Assembly (NCBI GenBank): GCA_032718475.1
Contig: JAUCBJ010007265.1
Location: 1-64,000, forward strand
Source of the DNA: Nemertoderma westbladi
Lineage: Eukaryota > Animalia > Xenacoelomorpha
DNA length: 64,000 nucleotides
Direction: 5' to 3'
Shown: in pieces, positions 1 through 12,802 of the stretch
Layout: each line of letters begins with the position of its first letter
Position numbering within the stretch: the stretch's first letter is position 1
Program-made: the position numbers and the translations under genes
Notes under the pieces: generated by a model
Told to the model about the DNA's origin: nothing
Databases searched by the model: none
What the model saw: only the letters and a program-made list of their open reading frames with translations

Positions 1-513
1 TTGAAGTGAATCCAATGTTATTTGATAGACCCTACATGAGTCAGTCTGTGTTCCTTTTATATGTGACTAAAATCAGTGAAGATCGGCAGATTAGTGTGCA
101 GTATTGTGCAGCATTGTGTATGAGTGAGTCTGTTAAAGAAGCATTCCTAAAGAATGCGCCATATATGTGAATTATAATTAAGCCATATCGTTGTGAGTAG
201 TTTAAGTCATAACTCTGTTTATATAGATAAAGCGCCACGTCCTAAAGGAACTGTTAATATTCCCGAAGGTGAATAATATTGTCAGAGATTATATAATACT
301 GTCAGTCGAATAATACATTAGGCTTACATAGCAACAAAATTAAACCGTCGAACCCAATCTCCCGGGAATATCCAGCGGGTGAATGGTCGCGCACGGATTG
401 GTTTCGACTAGTGTAGTGAATCAAATACTTGTCATAGGCTAAAAAGCGATTTAATATCTAGAAGACATCTTAATTTGGCGGGTTAAACTGCCAAAGGTCT
501 GAAAGCGCGAACA
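1..513. repeat. Unclassified interspersed repeat; diverged inverted copy at 62197-62707
   Basis: Reverse complement aligns collinearly with 62197-62707 (e.g. aaaggtctgaaagcgcgaaca vs tgttcgcgctttcagaccttt; agcgccacgtcctaaaggaactgttaatatt shared). No recognisable protein motif. Confidence 0.85.
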
Positions 514-616
514 AACTTTCCAGTTTGTATAGTATCAGTATCAAACAAACAACCAATTTTTGATGTAACAAGATACTCAACATTAAACAAAGTGATTCGT
601 ATTACACATATTATAT

Positions 617-2239
617 TTAAATTCCTACAAAATGTGAGTTCATCCAAGTGTTGTCCAACATTAACATCAATAAGAATCTTTTGCTCTCAGGAACAATATT
701 GGATGTTTCATGGCATAAGGTAAGTCGGCACTCTCTAATCTCGTTTGCACGGAAGTAATTCGTAATTGCACGGAGGATATCAGCTAGGTCCGCTATAAAC
801 ATTAAGAAACAGCTCGGTGAGAAACAATCGCCTTGTAGAACACCTCTCAGTTGCGTAATTACATTTGAAAACTTGATACCGTCAAATATTTTAACTGAGT
901 TTTGTAGAATGTTTTTTATCAAATCGAATAATTTTCCTTTGATACCAAAAGAGTTATAAATTTTCCCCAATAGTATTGCTCTGTCTACAAGGTCGAAGAA
1001 GGCCTTTCGAAAGTCCACGAAGGCCACATACGCTATTCTAGAATTTCCGTGTGACCTCGGTGACTGCAATTTGTCCGCTATATCGGTTAGTAACTGTTTT
1101 AGAGCCTGTCGTGTCGATTTACCTTCAGAAAACCCGAACTGTTCTGGCGGTAGTTTGTTTCTAATATACTTTCTTACTCGTTTATTTATGATCCTTGTTA
1201 GAGTTTTTAGTAGAACACTAATCAAGGCAATTCCCCTATAATTGTCCGGATCCGACTTGCAGCCTTTGCCCTTATGCAGTACTTTTATGATACTAATGGC
1301 CCAGGTGGACGGAATGCGTCCAATAGTGAGATAAACATTGAAAAGAATAAGCAGAATCGGCAATAACACTGAGAGAGATTGTTTCAAATGTTCATTATAT
1401 ATGCGGTCTGGACCACAAACTTTCTTGTTTGCAGTTGAGTGTATCGCCTCTTTTATTTCTTCTTGAGTTATTGGCTCGTTATACCACGCTGATTCTTCCC
1501 TCTCATCCGATGTAGTTTCTGGTATTGAGTCTACTTCATTGGGGTCGCTTTCGTGTCCGAGTAGGTTTGTGAAATGCTCCTCTAATCTATCTGAAGCGAT
1601 GGGTGCTATGCTGGGAGGCTTTGGCCCCTCAAATATCGTCCAAGGCGTTATCTCGGTTTGTTTCAACTTTTCAAAATGAGTTTTGTTTCATCGTAATCAG
1701 ATTTCTTTTTACGAATTATCTTCTTGTAGTTCCGCCGAGCAATCCAGTAGGCTTCCCTGTCCGTCGCGCAGTTATCCCATCGTAGGCTGAGTTGGATTAC
1801 GGTTTTCTTCGCTTCCTGGCAATCAATATCGAACCATGGCTTTTTATAATTTTTATTTTCTGGTTTTGCCTCAGCCGCTGCCTCTATGCTAGTTGTTAGG
1901 ATGTCGTTTGCAGAGTCTATATCACCCTCCAAGAGGTCTAACCCTATGTCGGATGCATCAATAATATTTCCAAGAAGGTTCACATTTATTTTCCTGCTAA
2001 GTGAGGGCAACTTTCTCTCAATCACAGCGTTCTGGAATTTGGGGCCGGTGAAATCAACCGTTGTAGAAACTCGAAGGTGTTTCCTCAGCGGAGTCGGTAC
2101 GACTTTTACTGGTTGGATTGTGCAGTTCATTAAACGCTGGGAATCGAATATATATAAGATCAATAACGCTGCAACCCTGTGGTGATGAGTAAGTATGGAT
2201 AATGCAGTAGTTTAGTAAAACAAATCCAATAATGTTCAA
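617..2239 (-). pseudogene. Decayed non-LTR retrotransposon ORF2 (reverse transcriptase, RTE-X/CR1-like)
   Basis: Frameshifted ORFs 1663-2163 (PWFDIDC) and 617-1666 with RT motifs GPDRI, DPDNYRGIAL, QFGF, FVDFRKAF, GVLQGDCFSP. The YADD motif is missing after FIADL, implying an internal deletion. Confidence 0.85.
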
Positions 2240-3371
2240 ACTGTCGGTTTAATTTGTTTCCTCGGTTGCCAGAATCCAGAATTATATATTATATATTATT
2301 ATATATATCATATTATACTTATATATTTATATAAGTATATATTATGTATAAATATGCGAGCTTGAAACGGTGTTCGGTATTAGTACTTGATATGATATAG
2401 ACTCGCAGTTTGTACAATGTGTAAACACCATCTTAGAGTGTCCGGTGGAGTGTTTGAATATTCATTTATTATTTCATTAATTGGTTGATTATAATTGGTT
2501 TTATTGTTGTGTATATATTAATGGAAATATTTGGATATTAATATAATATTAATTCCAAATTATTGGGTACCGGTAATTAACATTCCAACAGTGCAAATAT
2601 TTCCTATCTCAAACTTAATATTTTAATTAATTGTTTCGGTTCTGCAGGAAGCTATTAACTATACTGAGGAAGTTTCTATATCAGTTGCTCCGGAGATCTT
2701 TACTATCGTTATTGAATCTGACCTCCCACGTAGAGCTTATACTGTGTCCGGCCGCCTAGCTTCCAAACCTCATATTATAAGTGTATCTATATAATTTGTA
2801 ATCTTAATATTTTTTATGTAATTTGTTAAGAATAATTTGTTAAATTACTCCGTTGTTAGCTACAATCTTACCCTATCTATATATGCACTGCGACGGCAAA
2901 TTATATTTTTACAAGAATTCCACACTATAATAATATATTTCTTTATATAATATTGATTATCGCTATTTTATTGAGCTATTTTCTTGACCCACGTGAACCA
3001 CGGTGTTTATTCTGTATTTATGATATTATTTTTATTAATATATTTACCTACAGTAGTTGAGCTGCATTTAGTTGATAATATTATATGATATACTCTTACT
3101 GGTATAATTAATTATTTAATTTTATTTCCACGGGGAACGTCGTCCCGTAAGGGGAAGAAATCAGCTCTGCAAGACGCAACTGAACTGAGAGGTGACGCTA
3201 TGTCTGAATGTTCAGATGTAATTACTACTGGGTGCAATCGATCGCTTTACAAGTTAAGAGGGGGGGGGGGGGGGGGGGGGGGGCAGGCATGATTAACATG
3301 ATAGTGATATATGATGATAATATATGCATAGAATTATATTAATATTTATAAATTAAATCATTCTTTATTAA

Positions 3372-6300
3372 CCCTGTATGTCCCACTGAGACCTACAGGT
3401 AACAACTTCTATTCTTCACTACTACAGCCGCGTTTCAGCATTGTGTGGTTTCTTGATTGGTTGGATGGGTTCATTTGTTATCCAAGTTACCCAATCAGCG
3501 TCATCTTGGGTCAGAGGCAATCTCAAACTGAATATTAAATCATTTGTGTCTCGTGGTCAGAGTTATTCCAAGTAGTGTTCAAGTGCTGATTGTGCAATCC
3601 AAAAAAGCAAATCGAGTGCAATTATTTGATTCAGAAAAATTATTTTGGTGAAGATTCATCATTATTTTACTTAATTATACCAAAATTGATGCAAGGTATA
3701 GTACTATGAAGAATTCACAGCCAAAATTTCAGTCGTTACTTTAGGGTAACGGTGGGCCACTCTGACATCACTTTTTGCGCTAAATGTGAACTGGTCAATA
3801 AATTGATATACAATAGTCTCTTATGATTCCACGTTGTTTTGTACACCTAGGTAAAGAATAAGTTTGCTGACTAAACTACTAAATATATTATTATAAATAG
3901 ATATTAATAAATAGTCGGAATATTCAATAAATAGATAGAAATGTTCGTATTCTCTGTACAGCTGTGCGTAAGTTACACTGTAGAAACGTATTTGATGATA
4001 TGGATACTGGAAAATTTTATGGAACACGTTATAAAAACTCTCATGTTGAGGTGGCCATACCGTCAGATGATAGCGACGATCAACTGATGAGTGATTCTGG
4101 CAGCGAGGATGATGCATATGGTGATACAAACTGGAGTGATGAAGGTGATGACTCTGACGAATCAGACGAACGCGATGATGACGTCATTATAGAGTTCGAG
4201 GAAATAGAGGATGTACTAGCAGATCCAACGATCAATACCGATGATGAGAACATACAGCCAAATCAGATAGAGGTAGATGCGCCAGGGGAGACAGTACATC
4301 ATACAGAGGACGAACAGAGTAGTGGTGGCGATGTGCAGGTCGAACCAAAGACAAACAAGAAATCTAAGAAGAATGTAGTCAACCGGAAGTATTATAGGAC
4401 AAAGACGATTTCTGCAGAGCCGAAATGGCTGGGTAGTTTACCTGATGTAGATGATGTTCTAGAACCAATCGGATATTTCAAGAAGCTTCTCAAAGATGAT
4501 GTGTTGAAGGAAATAGTTTTCCAGACTAATTTGTACTCTGCAGAAAAACGCCTTGATAAACAAATAAATATAACACGAAACGAAATTGAACAGTTCATAG
4601 GAATTTGCTACTATATGTCTGTGTACGGTCTTCCTAGATGCAGATCATATTGGCAGGCCGGTACAAGAGTTGATAAAGTTGTCAACACAATGACGCGCAA
4701 TCGCTGGGAGAGTATAAAAAGAGATCTACACTTGAATGACAATAGTAAGCAAATCGCTAAGGGGTCTCCTGGGCACGATAAAATTTTCAAAATCCGACCA
4801 CTGGTTACTGCTCTCCAGACCAGTCTAAGAGACATTCCAAAGGATGAAGAGCTTTGTGTGGATGAACAGATGGTGCCATTCAAGGGGAAAAATAAAAGCG
4901 GAATAAAGCAATATATGCCCAAGAAACCAAAGAAGTGGGGCTATAAGCTGTTTGTTCTTTGTGATAGCCATGCTATGGCTTACGATTTCGATATTTACAC
5001 GGGAAAGATCGAACCGATTGCTGGACGGCCTGACATTGGGGCAAGTAGTAATATAGTAATTCAACTAGCTGTTGGCATACCTAGACACATGTCATACAAA
5101 CTCTTTTTTGACAACTGGTTTACTAGTGTTATTCTCCAGGTGACACTGGCCAATGAAGGAATATATTGTCTTGGGACAGTCAACGAGAACAGATTAGGTG
5201 ACTGCCCTCTGCCCACGGATAGCGCAATGAAGAAGAAAGGTCGTGGATACCATGAGGAACTGAGATTTACTGTAAACGGAGTTGACTTGCGCGTTGTAAA
5301 GTGGTTTGATAACCGTTGTGTTACTCTCTTATCGACATTCTCTTCCGCAAATCCGACGTCTCTTGTAAAACGGTGGTCTAAACTAACTAAATCATTCATT
5401 GAAGTAGATCGCCCACGTATTGTTGGCACGTACAATAGCTTCATGGGTGGGGTTGATACACTGGATTCTTTGTTGAGTTTGTATAGGATACGAATACGGT
5501 CTAGGAAATGGTACCTTCGATTGGTCTTCCATTTCCTCGATTTTGTCTGTGTCATTGCTTGGCTCTTGTACCGACGTGACTTGCGTAGCTGTAATCCAGC
5601 ACAAAAACCAATTCCACTCCTTCTATTCAAGACGACATTGGCCGAGACCCTGTGTGCACGTGGAAAGTCTGTCTGCAACAAGCGACGAGGGCGACCAAGT
5701 CTAGAAATTGAAAACGGTATTCTTCAGAAGAAAGCGCGATCAATAACCGTTGGTCTGTTGCCTTCCATGGCAGTTCGACAAGATCAGGTTGGCCACTGGC
5801 CTGTGTTCGCTGAGAAAAGGGGACGGTGCAAGAATCCAGACTGTGTTGGGGTTCCTAAGATTATGTGTGAGAAGTGTAGTGCGGTGTCTGGAGGAAAGGT
5901 ATATTTGTGTCTTGGACCGGACCGTAACTGTTTCAAATGCTTCCATTGTGATTGATAACGAATTGGGTATCTATCAATTTTGGTAATTGCTATCGCATTG
6001 ATGTTGAATTGATGTTTGGTTTTCGATATTACATACAGTACAGGGATACAATTTTAGTTGAAAATCTATAATTTTGTATATAATGTAGAGTGCGGAGCAG
6101 AATAATACAGTTTGTACATTTCTGCATATTTTACACATGAACACAAAATGAAAAAAGTTGTCGCGTAATATGTTTCCAACTTTTTCACAAAATTTTTTTC
6201 AAACTCCTAAATTTCATTTCTTAATGGCCCACCGTGACCTCCGGTCACGTGATTCGAAAATCTTCATAAATTAAATATTTTGAAATTTTTTGATGAAAAT

Positions 6301-6382
6301 CATCTCATTAGGTTCATTTTAATGTGAAAGTTATGAAAAAAAAATTGTTGGGACATGGCATCATAATTCGGGCTATAGAGGG
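3372..6382 (+). mobile_element. piggyBac DNA transposon, full length
   Basis: TTAA TSD at 3368-3371 and 6383-6386; imperfect 13-bp TIRs CCCTGTATGTCCC / GGGCTATAGAGGG (10/13); internal inverted repeat ggtaacggtgggcca (~3744) / tggcccaccgtgacc (~6225); single transposase ORF. Confidence 0.93.
4000..5955 (+). CDS. piggyBac transposase (PGBD2/3-like), intact
   Basis: First ATG at 4000 within ORF 3964-5955; acidic N-terminus; DDD triad motifs VDEQM, FDNWF, GGVDTLD; KPKKWGYK; C-terminal Cys-rich domain (RCKNPDC...CEKC...LCL...NCFKCFH). Confidence 0.93.
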   Translation: MDTGKFYGTRYKNSHVEVAIPSDDSDDQLMSDSGSEDDAYGDTNWSDEGDDSDESDERDDDVIIEFEEIEDVLADPTINTDDENIQPNQIEVDAPGETVHHTEDEQSSGGDVQVEPKTNKKSKKNVVNRKYYRTKTISAEPKWLGSLPDVDDVLEPIGYFKKLLKDDVLKEIVFQTNLYSAEKRLDKQINITRNEIEQFIGICYYMSVYGLPRCRSYWQAGTRVDKVVNTMTRNRWESIKRDLHLNDNSKQIAKGSPGHDKIFKIRPLVTALQTSLRDIPKDEELCVDEQMVPFKGKNKSGIKQYMPKKPKKWGYKLFVLCDSHAMAYDFDIYTGKIEPIAGRPDIGASSNIVIQLAVGIPRHMSYKLFFDNWFTSVILQVTLANEGIYCLGTVNENRLGDCPLPTDSAMKKKGRGYHEELRFTVNGVDLRVVKWFDNRCVTLLSTFSSANPTSLVKRWSKLTKSFIEVDRPRIVGTYNSFMGGVDTLDSLLSLYRIRIRSRKWYLRLVFHFLDFVCVIAWLLYRRDLRSCNPAQKPIPLLLFKTTLAETLCARGKSVCNKRRGRPSLEIENGILQKKARSITVGLLPSMAVRQDQVGHWPVFAEKRGRCKNPDCVGVPKIMCEKCSAVSGGKVYLCLGPDRNCFKCFHCD

Positions 6383-6480
6383 TTAATACTCTGCCAATGG
6401 CTCCTCACTGGTATTATGTTCACAGATTTCCTCTCGCTAAATGCACCAGCGAAAAATCGACCTTGATCTAAATTTTAATA

Positions 6481-8611
6481 TGAGGGGGATAGCAACAAAC
6501 GAGCAAATGGTCACATGGCTCAATCATACGAACTGAGGCGGGTAGCAACAAACGATCAAATGGTCACATGGCTCAATCATACGAACTAACTGAGGCGGGT
6601 AGCAACAAACAAGCAAATGGTCACATGGCTCAATCATACGAACTGAGGCGGGTAGCAACAAACGATCAAATGGTCACATGGCTCAATCATACGAACTAAC
6701 TGAGGCGGGTAGCAACAAACGAGCAAATGGTCACATTGCTCAATCATACTAACTGAGGCGGGTAGCAACAAACGATCAAATGGTCACATGGCTCAATCAT
6801 ACGAACTAACTGAGGCGGGTAGCAACAAACGAGCAAATGGTCACATTGCTCAATCATACGAACTGAGGCGGGTAGCAACAAACGATCAAATGGTCACATG
6901 GCTCAATCATACGAACTGAGGCGGGTAGCAACAAACGATCAAATGGTCACATGGCTCAATCATACGAACTAACTGAGGCGGGTAGCAACAAACGAGCAAA
7001 TGGTCACATTGCTCAATCATACTAACTGAGGCGGGTAGCAACAAACGATCAAATGGTCACATGGCTCAATCATACGAACTAACTGAGGCGGGTAGCAACA
7101 AACGAGCAAATGGTCACATTGCTCAATCATACGAACTGAGGCGGGTAGCAACAAACGATCAAATGTTCACATGGCTCAATCATACGAACTAACTGAGGCG
7201 GGTAGCAACAAACGAGCAAATGGTCACATTGCTCAATCATACTAACTGAGGCGGGTAGCAACAAACGATCAAATGGCCACATGGCTCAATCATACGAACT
7301 AACTGAGGCGGGTAGCAACAAACGAGCAAATGGTCACATTGCTCAATCATACGAACTGAGGCGGGTAGCAACAAACGATCAAATGGTCACATGGCTCAAT
7401 CATACGAACTGAGGCGGGTAGCAACAAACGATCAAATGGTCACATGGCTCAATCATACGAACTGAGGCGGGTAGCAACAAACGATCAAATGGTCACATGG
7501 CTCAATCATACGAACTGAGGCGGGTAGCAACAAACGATCAAATGGTCACATGGCTCAATCATACGAACTGAGGCGGGTAGCAACAAACGATCAAATGGTC
7601 ACATGGCTCAATCATACGAACTAACTGAGGCGGGTAGCAACAAACGAGCAAATGGTCACATTGCTCAATCATACTAACTGAGGCGGGTAGCAACAAACGA
7701 TCAAATGGTCACATGGCTCAATCATACGAACTAACTGAGGCGGGTAGCAACAAACGAGCAAATGGTCACATTGCTCAATCATACGAACTGAGGCGGGTAG
7801 CAACAAACGATCAAATGGTCACATTGCTCAATCATACTAACTGAGGCGGGTAGCAACAAACGATCAAATGGTCACATGGCTCAATCATACGAACTAACTG
7901 AGGCGGGTAGCAACAAACGAGCAAATGGTCACATTGCTCAATCATACGAACTAACTGAGGCGGGTAGCAACAAACGAGCAAATGGTCACATTGCTCAATC
8001 ATACGAACTGAGGCGGGTAGCAACAAACGATCAAATGGTCACATGGCTCAATCATACTAACTGAGGCGGGTAGCAACAAACGAGCAAATGGTCACATTGC
8101 TCAATCATACGAACTGAGGCGGGTAGCAAAAAACGAGCAAATGGTCACATGGCTCAATCATACTAACTGAGGCGGGTAGCAACAAACGAGCAAATGGTCA
8201 CATTGCTCAATCATACGAACTGAGGCGGGTAGCAACAAACGAGCAAATGGTCACATTGCTCAATCATACGAACTGAGGCGGGTAGCAACAAACGAGCAAA
8301 TGGTCACATGGCTCAATCATACTAACTGATGCGGGTAGCAACAAACGAGCAAATGGTCACATTGCTCAATCATACGAACTGAGGCGGGTAGCAACAAACA
8401 AGCAAATGGTCACATGGCTCAATCATACTAACTGAGGCGGGTAGCAACAAACGAGCAAATGGTCACATTGCTCAATCATACTAACTGAGGCGGGTAGCAA
8501 CAAACGAGCAAATGGTCACATGGCTCAATCATACGAACTGAGGCGGGTAGCAACAAACGAGCAAATGGTCACATGGCTCAATCATACGAACTGAGGCGGG
8601 TAGCAACAAAC
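6481..8611. repeat. Minisatellite array 1, 53/57-bp unit, about 39 copies
   Basis: Unit catacgaact(aact)gaggcgggtagcaacaaacga[t/g]caaatggtcacat[g/t]gctcaat repeated head to tail; 57- and 53-bp variants often alternate as a 110-bp dimer. Confidence 0.97.
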
Positions 8612-8746
8612 ACGTGCGGGAACGAATTTGCGCTGAATGGCAATCTAATGTGGCATAAGAGATCACAATCAAGAAAGGTGTCGGTGATGCTTCAGATATG
8701 GATTCTGGAGTTCAGATGCTCCTCGATCGTGCTCCACCAATACTAC
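8612..8746 (+). pseudogene. Possible C2H2 zinc-finger gene fragment between the two arrays
   Basis: Translates TCGNEFALNGNLMWHKRSQ, matching the C-x3-F-x5-L-x2-H half of a C2H2 finger; the first Cys and last His are absent. Confidence 0.4.
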
Positions 8747-8840
8747 ATACTCTGCCAATGGCTCTCACTGGTATTATGTTCACAGATTTCCTCTCGCTAA
8801 ATGCACCAGCGAAAAATCGACCTTGATCCAAATTTTAATA

Positions 8841-9428
8841 TGAGGGGGATAGCAACAAACGAGCAAATGGTCACATGGCTCAATCATACGAACTGAGGCG
8901 GGTAGCAACAAACAAGCAAATGGTCACATTGCTCAATCATACGAACTGAGGCGGGTAGCAACAAACGATCAAATGGTCACATGGCTCAATCATACTAACT
9001 AACTGAGGCGGGTAGCAACAAACGAGCAAATGGTCACATGGCTCAATCATACGAACTGAGGCGGGTAGCAACAAACAAGCAAATGGTCACATGGCTCAAT
9101 CATACGAACTGAGGCGGGTAGCAACAAACAAGCAAATGGTCACATGGCTCAATCACACGAACTGAGGCGGGTAGCAACAAACAAGCAAATGGTCACATGG
9201 CTCAATCATACTAACTGAGGCGGGTAGCAACAAATGAGCAAATGGTCACATGGCTCAATCATACGAACTGAGGCGGGTAGCAACAAACAAGCAAATGGTC
9301 ACATGGCTCAATCATACTAACTGAGGCGGGTAGCAACAAACGAGCAAATGGTCACATGGCTCAATCATACTAACTGAGGCGGGTAGCAACAAACGATCAA
9401 ATGGTCACATGGCTCAATCATACGAACT
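8841..9428. repeat. Minisatellite array 2, same 53/57-bp unit, about 11 copies
   Basis: Same unit as array 1, preceded by the same ~95-bp leader (6387-6480 ~ 8748-8840). Confidence 0.97.
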
Positions 9429-9711
9429 TATAATATGCATCATAATAACCTGGTATACTCAAATATTGCCAGCTCAATATTGCAGAGCTCAACATAAGAG
9501 CAGTGTTATATATGACTCTATATCTGATAATATAATATATAATAATAATATTAATATTAATATTAATATATGATAATATAATATAATATCTGACTCTATA
9601 TGGGTTGATGGGCTCGGCAAAAGAATCCTACTGCGCAAGTCAGATATTCAGACCGCCCACCAATATCTCAACAACCAAGTAAACTTAGGTGTCCCTCTAG
9701 CAGCGGACTTA

Positions 9712-10596
9712 GTGCAGGACATTTTCCAACTGATCATGGATGGAGACGATGAGACCATCAACCTTTTCGTCGATGAAACCTCCACCACACCGATTGTCGT
9801 TGACGTCCTTTCTAATATAACCCCCTTCCAGCCTGAAAAGTTCCTAATCCATTTGATGCTCACTATGAGTAAGTTTCAAACGGAACTTGACCTATATTCG
9901 GCACCAAATTTATTAGTTGCTTTTCAGCGTTGTGGACTTATTCCTGATGCAGCCAATGTCACCCCGGATGACATAAGAAACCTTCGCCGCCGCTACCTTG
10001 TAGACCAACTGGCCCACTACCCCATTAGTACACGTCAGTTTGAGAGAATGTTGGAGACAGCCGACAACGTTTTAACATCTCTTTTACGTGGTGAGGAATT
10101 AAATTATTCCAGTTTACTTTTGGCTCAAGAAAATTTATTTAGAGAGAAAATTTCACGGGAAGTACAGGTTATTGGAAAAACGTTTTGTAAAAATATTACT
10201 GATGCATTAAAAGAGAAAAAGGTGCCACTACCCTTAAATTATGATGCTGAGGTAATGGACCAGTCATCGAACTGGCGGCCTCAAATCACCCAAATAAGAG
10301 ACCAATCTCTCGAATCTATTCAAGAACAGCAACAAACTCTTAAACTTTGCTGTGAGGCAATTGATTCATATTTCGAACACAACGCCAAATTTGTAAAACC
10401 AATTTTAATCTGTGGGGACCCAGGTACAGGTAAGACCTGGGTGATGCTAAATGCTGCAGCCTATGCATTATCTAAAAATTTAAAGATTACAATGACTGCC
10501 ATAACAGGAAATAAAGCCTCAGAGCTCGGTGGTGTCCATTACCACAAACTCAAAGCCATGCGTGAAGACAGAAATAAAATACAGGCCAACGTCTGA
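9712..10596 (+). pseudogene. Helitron RepHel fragment: start of PIF1-like SF1 helicase, truncated
   Basis: Walker A ILICGDPGTGKT and motif Ia TAITGNKASELGGVHYHKL typical of PIF1-family helicases; ends before Walker B. Confidence 0.75.
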
Positions 10597-10770
10597 AAAG
10601 TGCTCAGGGGCGGACCCCTGACAGCCTGAATACTGAAATAGGGAAAAATTATAGGCCTAATAGTTAATGTAATCCGGTAGTACTGTAGTACTTCTAATAA
10701 TAGTATAATATACTGTAATAATAGCTTAATAGTATAATTATATAGTAGTATTATAATAGTATAACTGAAT

Positions 10771-11305
10771 AATGGACCGCATAAACATAAGTGGGAATTA
10801 TCCACATATTTCCATTTTCAACAGTACCGGTACTGATTCGGGTCGAGGTCGTGGGGGTGGGTGGGGCCGTCGTGGGCGGCGATTCCGTCCATACACTGCC
10901 CCCCTGTCGACCATGCTTCCGCCGACATGATACCCACCACTCCTACCGGTGCCGCCGGCACCACCGGCACCATCTTCCCCACCGCTGGCGCCATCCACAC
11001 CACCACCGCTGCCATCCACGCCACCACCAGCGCCATCCATGCCACCACTGGCACCATCCACACCACCGCTGGCGCCATCCACGCCACCACCAGCGCCATC
11101 CACGCCACCTCCGGCGCCATCACTGCCGGCGCCACCACCACCACTTTGGTGGACTTTAATATTAATATATTTATTTTTAATAATAGTTAAAATATCTTAA
11201 ATTATTATTAATGAATGCAAAGAAAAAGTGACAAATTTGTTGAAAATAAAATTTCATTAGTTTAGAAGACTTGAAACATCTTACACTACCCCGAGGCTCA
11301 TCTCT
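10771..11305. repeat. Duplicated segment A (copy 1) with GC-rich 21/42-bp internal tandem repeats
   Basis: Near-identical to 16699-17110; internal gccatccacgccaccacc-type repeats explain the Pro/His/Thr-rich ORFs in several frames. Confidence 0.85.
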
Positions 11306-12323
11306 CTTGGCTATTACCTATTTGATATTTTATTACTTCTCTAACAAAAGCAAGATTGCCATATCATTGGGTTGCTTAAGAAATTGTATCTGACTCGGTT
11401 TGGGATCGAACCCGGAACCTCAAAGTTAAAACCTCAAAAAATTTGGGTTCAAACAGTAATACCACAGTAACTGGATAATTTTTATGTGAATAATATTGGT
11501 TAAATTTCGGTAATATTAATGTTAGTATTTGTTTTTCTATTGCAGATAACGACACTGAGTGGCCACAACCACCAAACGGCACTCAGCCATCTCACCACCA
11601 TTGGTGCCTCAGCTATATTCGGATATTACACGTCCATCAACAAGTGGAACACGTTATTAGTATTATTTAATAAATTTATTATAGCTAAAATAACGAGAAT
11701 TATTATCACTGAACAAACACAAAAAAATACTAATTCATTCGTACTTATTATATATTACCATAAAGTAAAATTACCAGTCTTATAAAGTAAAGTTACTGGT
11801 GATCTTGTGTCTTGAAACATCACAGATTACCCATAGGCTCATCTCTGGCTTTTACCTGCACAGTAAGAAAGGCCACACTATCTCCCAAGGTAAACCAATC
11901 CGTAACTACCCAACCCTTTTCGCCAAAACTAAAGATAAAACTAAAAACCCATATCGCTGGGTTGTTAAGAAATTGTAACTGACTCGGATTGGCATCGAAC
12001 AAGCGACCTCCCAACTCAAAGCTGTAATCAATTAGTCATTATAGAATAACTACTGTATTCGCAGATTTTAAAAGTAATTCTTTAGATATTTTCATAGGAC
12101 TCTACATACCTAATAACAATAATATACAATAACAATAATCATATTTTTATGCAATTATCACTAACATTACATTAATTCAGCATTAAGCATTAATTAATAT
12201 TAAGCTTAAAATTAAAAGGTTAAAGATATTAATAATTTTGTATATTATTTTTTAGATTTAAATGCACACCAGCCTACTCAACACCGAGTTACTCTATCGG
12301 ACATCCAAACGCTAAGGAATGGA

Positions 12324-12701
12324 GTGGCAACAGAAGGTCGACGTGTTGTGGAGTGTGGCGGCGGCGGGGACTGTCAGTACCTCGCCGTTTCTGTTTCCGT
12401 TGACGCCCTACTCGGAGAACGACGACAATTAACTCCTATTGAACTTCGTAATGCCGTTGCGGAGGAGTTAGAAAGAAATAGAAGTACGTATGTACCATTT
12501 ATAGCCACTGTAGGAGGCAGAGAGCAAGATCAACAATATAATAGATATGTGGATGGGGTACGTAATGGGGGGGCTTGGGGGGATCATATCACACTAACAG
12601 TTATGGCCAAAATACTTCATATCAAAATTGTCGTTTTCCATATGGGGGACAACTCAAAGTTTGCTGACATCACTGACAAAGCATTAAATTCGAACTATTG
12701 A
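12324..12701 (+). pseudogene. OTU-family cysteine protease domain of the Helitron
   Basis: GGGDCQYLAVS (D-C catalytic box), LRNAVAEEL and WGDHITL motifs; catalytic His segment not seen; polypyrimidine-AG acceptor at ~12256. Confidence 0.8.
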
Positions 12702-12802
12702 ATGGATGTTAAGTGTCCCCTTGGTTGCGATGAGTACATCGAATTTGTAAACTTACTTCCTTTACTTTCTACTTTTTACATCTTTTCATTTCTAAATTTC
12801 AG

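Noticed and set aside
6481-9428. CRISPR-like array
   Set aside because: Units are contiguous with no unique spacers, there are no cas genes, and the context is eukaryotic.
10791-11200. His-, Pro- and Thr-rich ORFs in five frames
   Set aside because: By-product of GC-rich tandem repeats lacking stops; the second copy at 16.7 kb does not preserve a consistent product.
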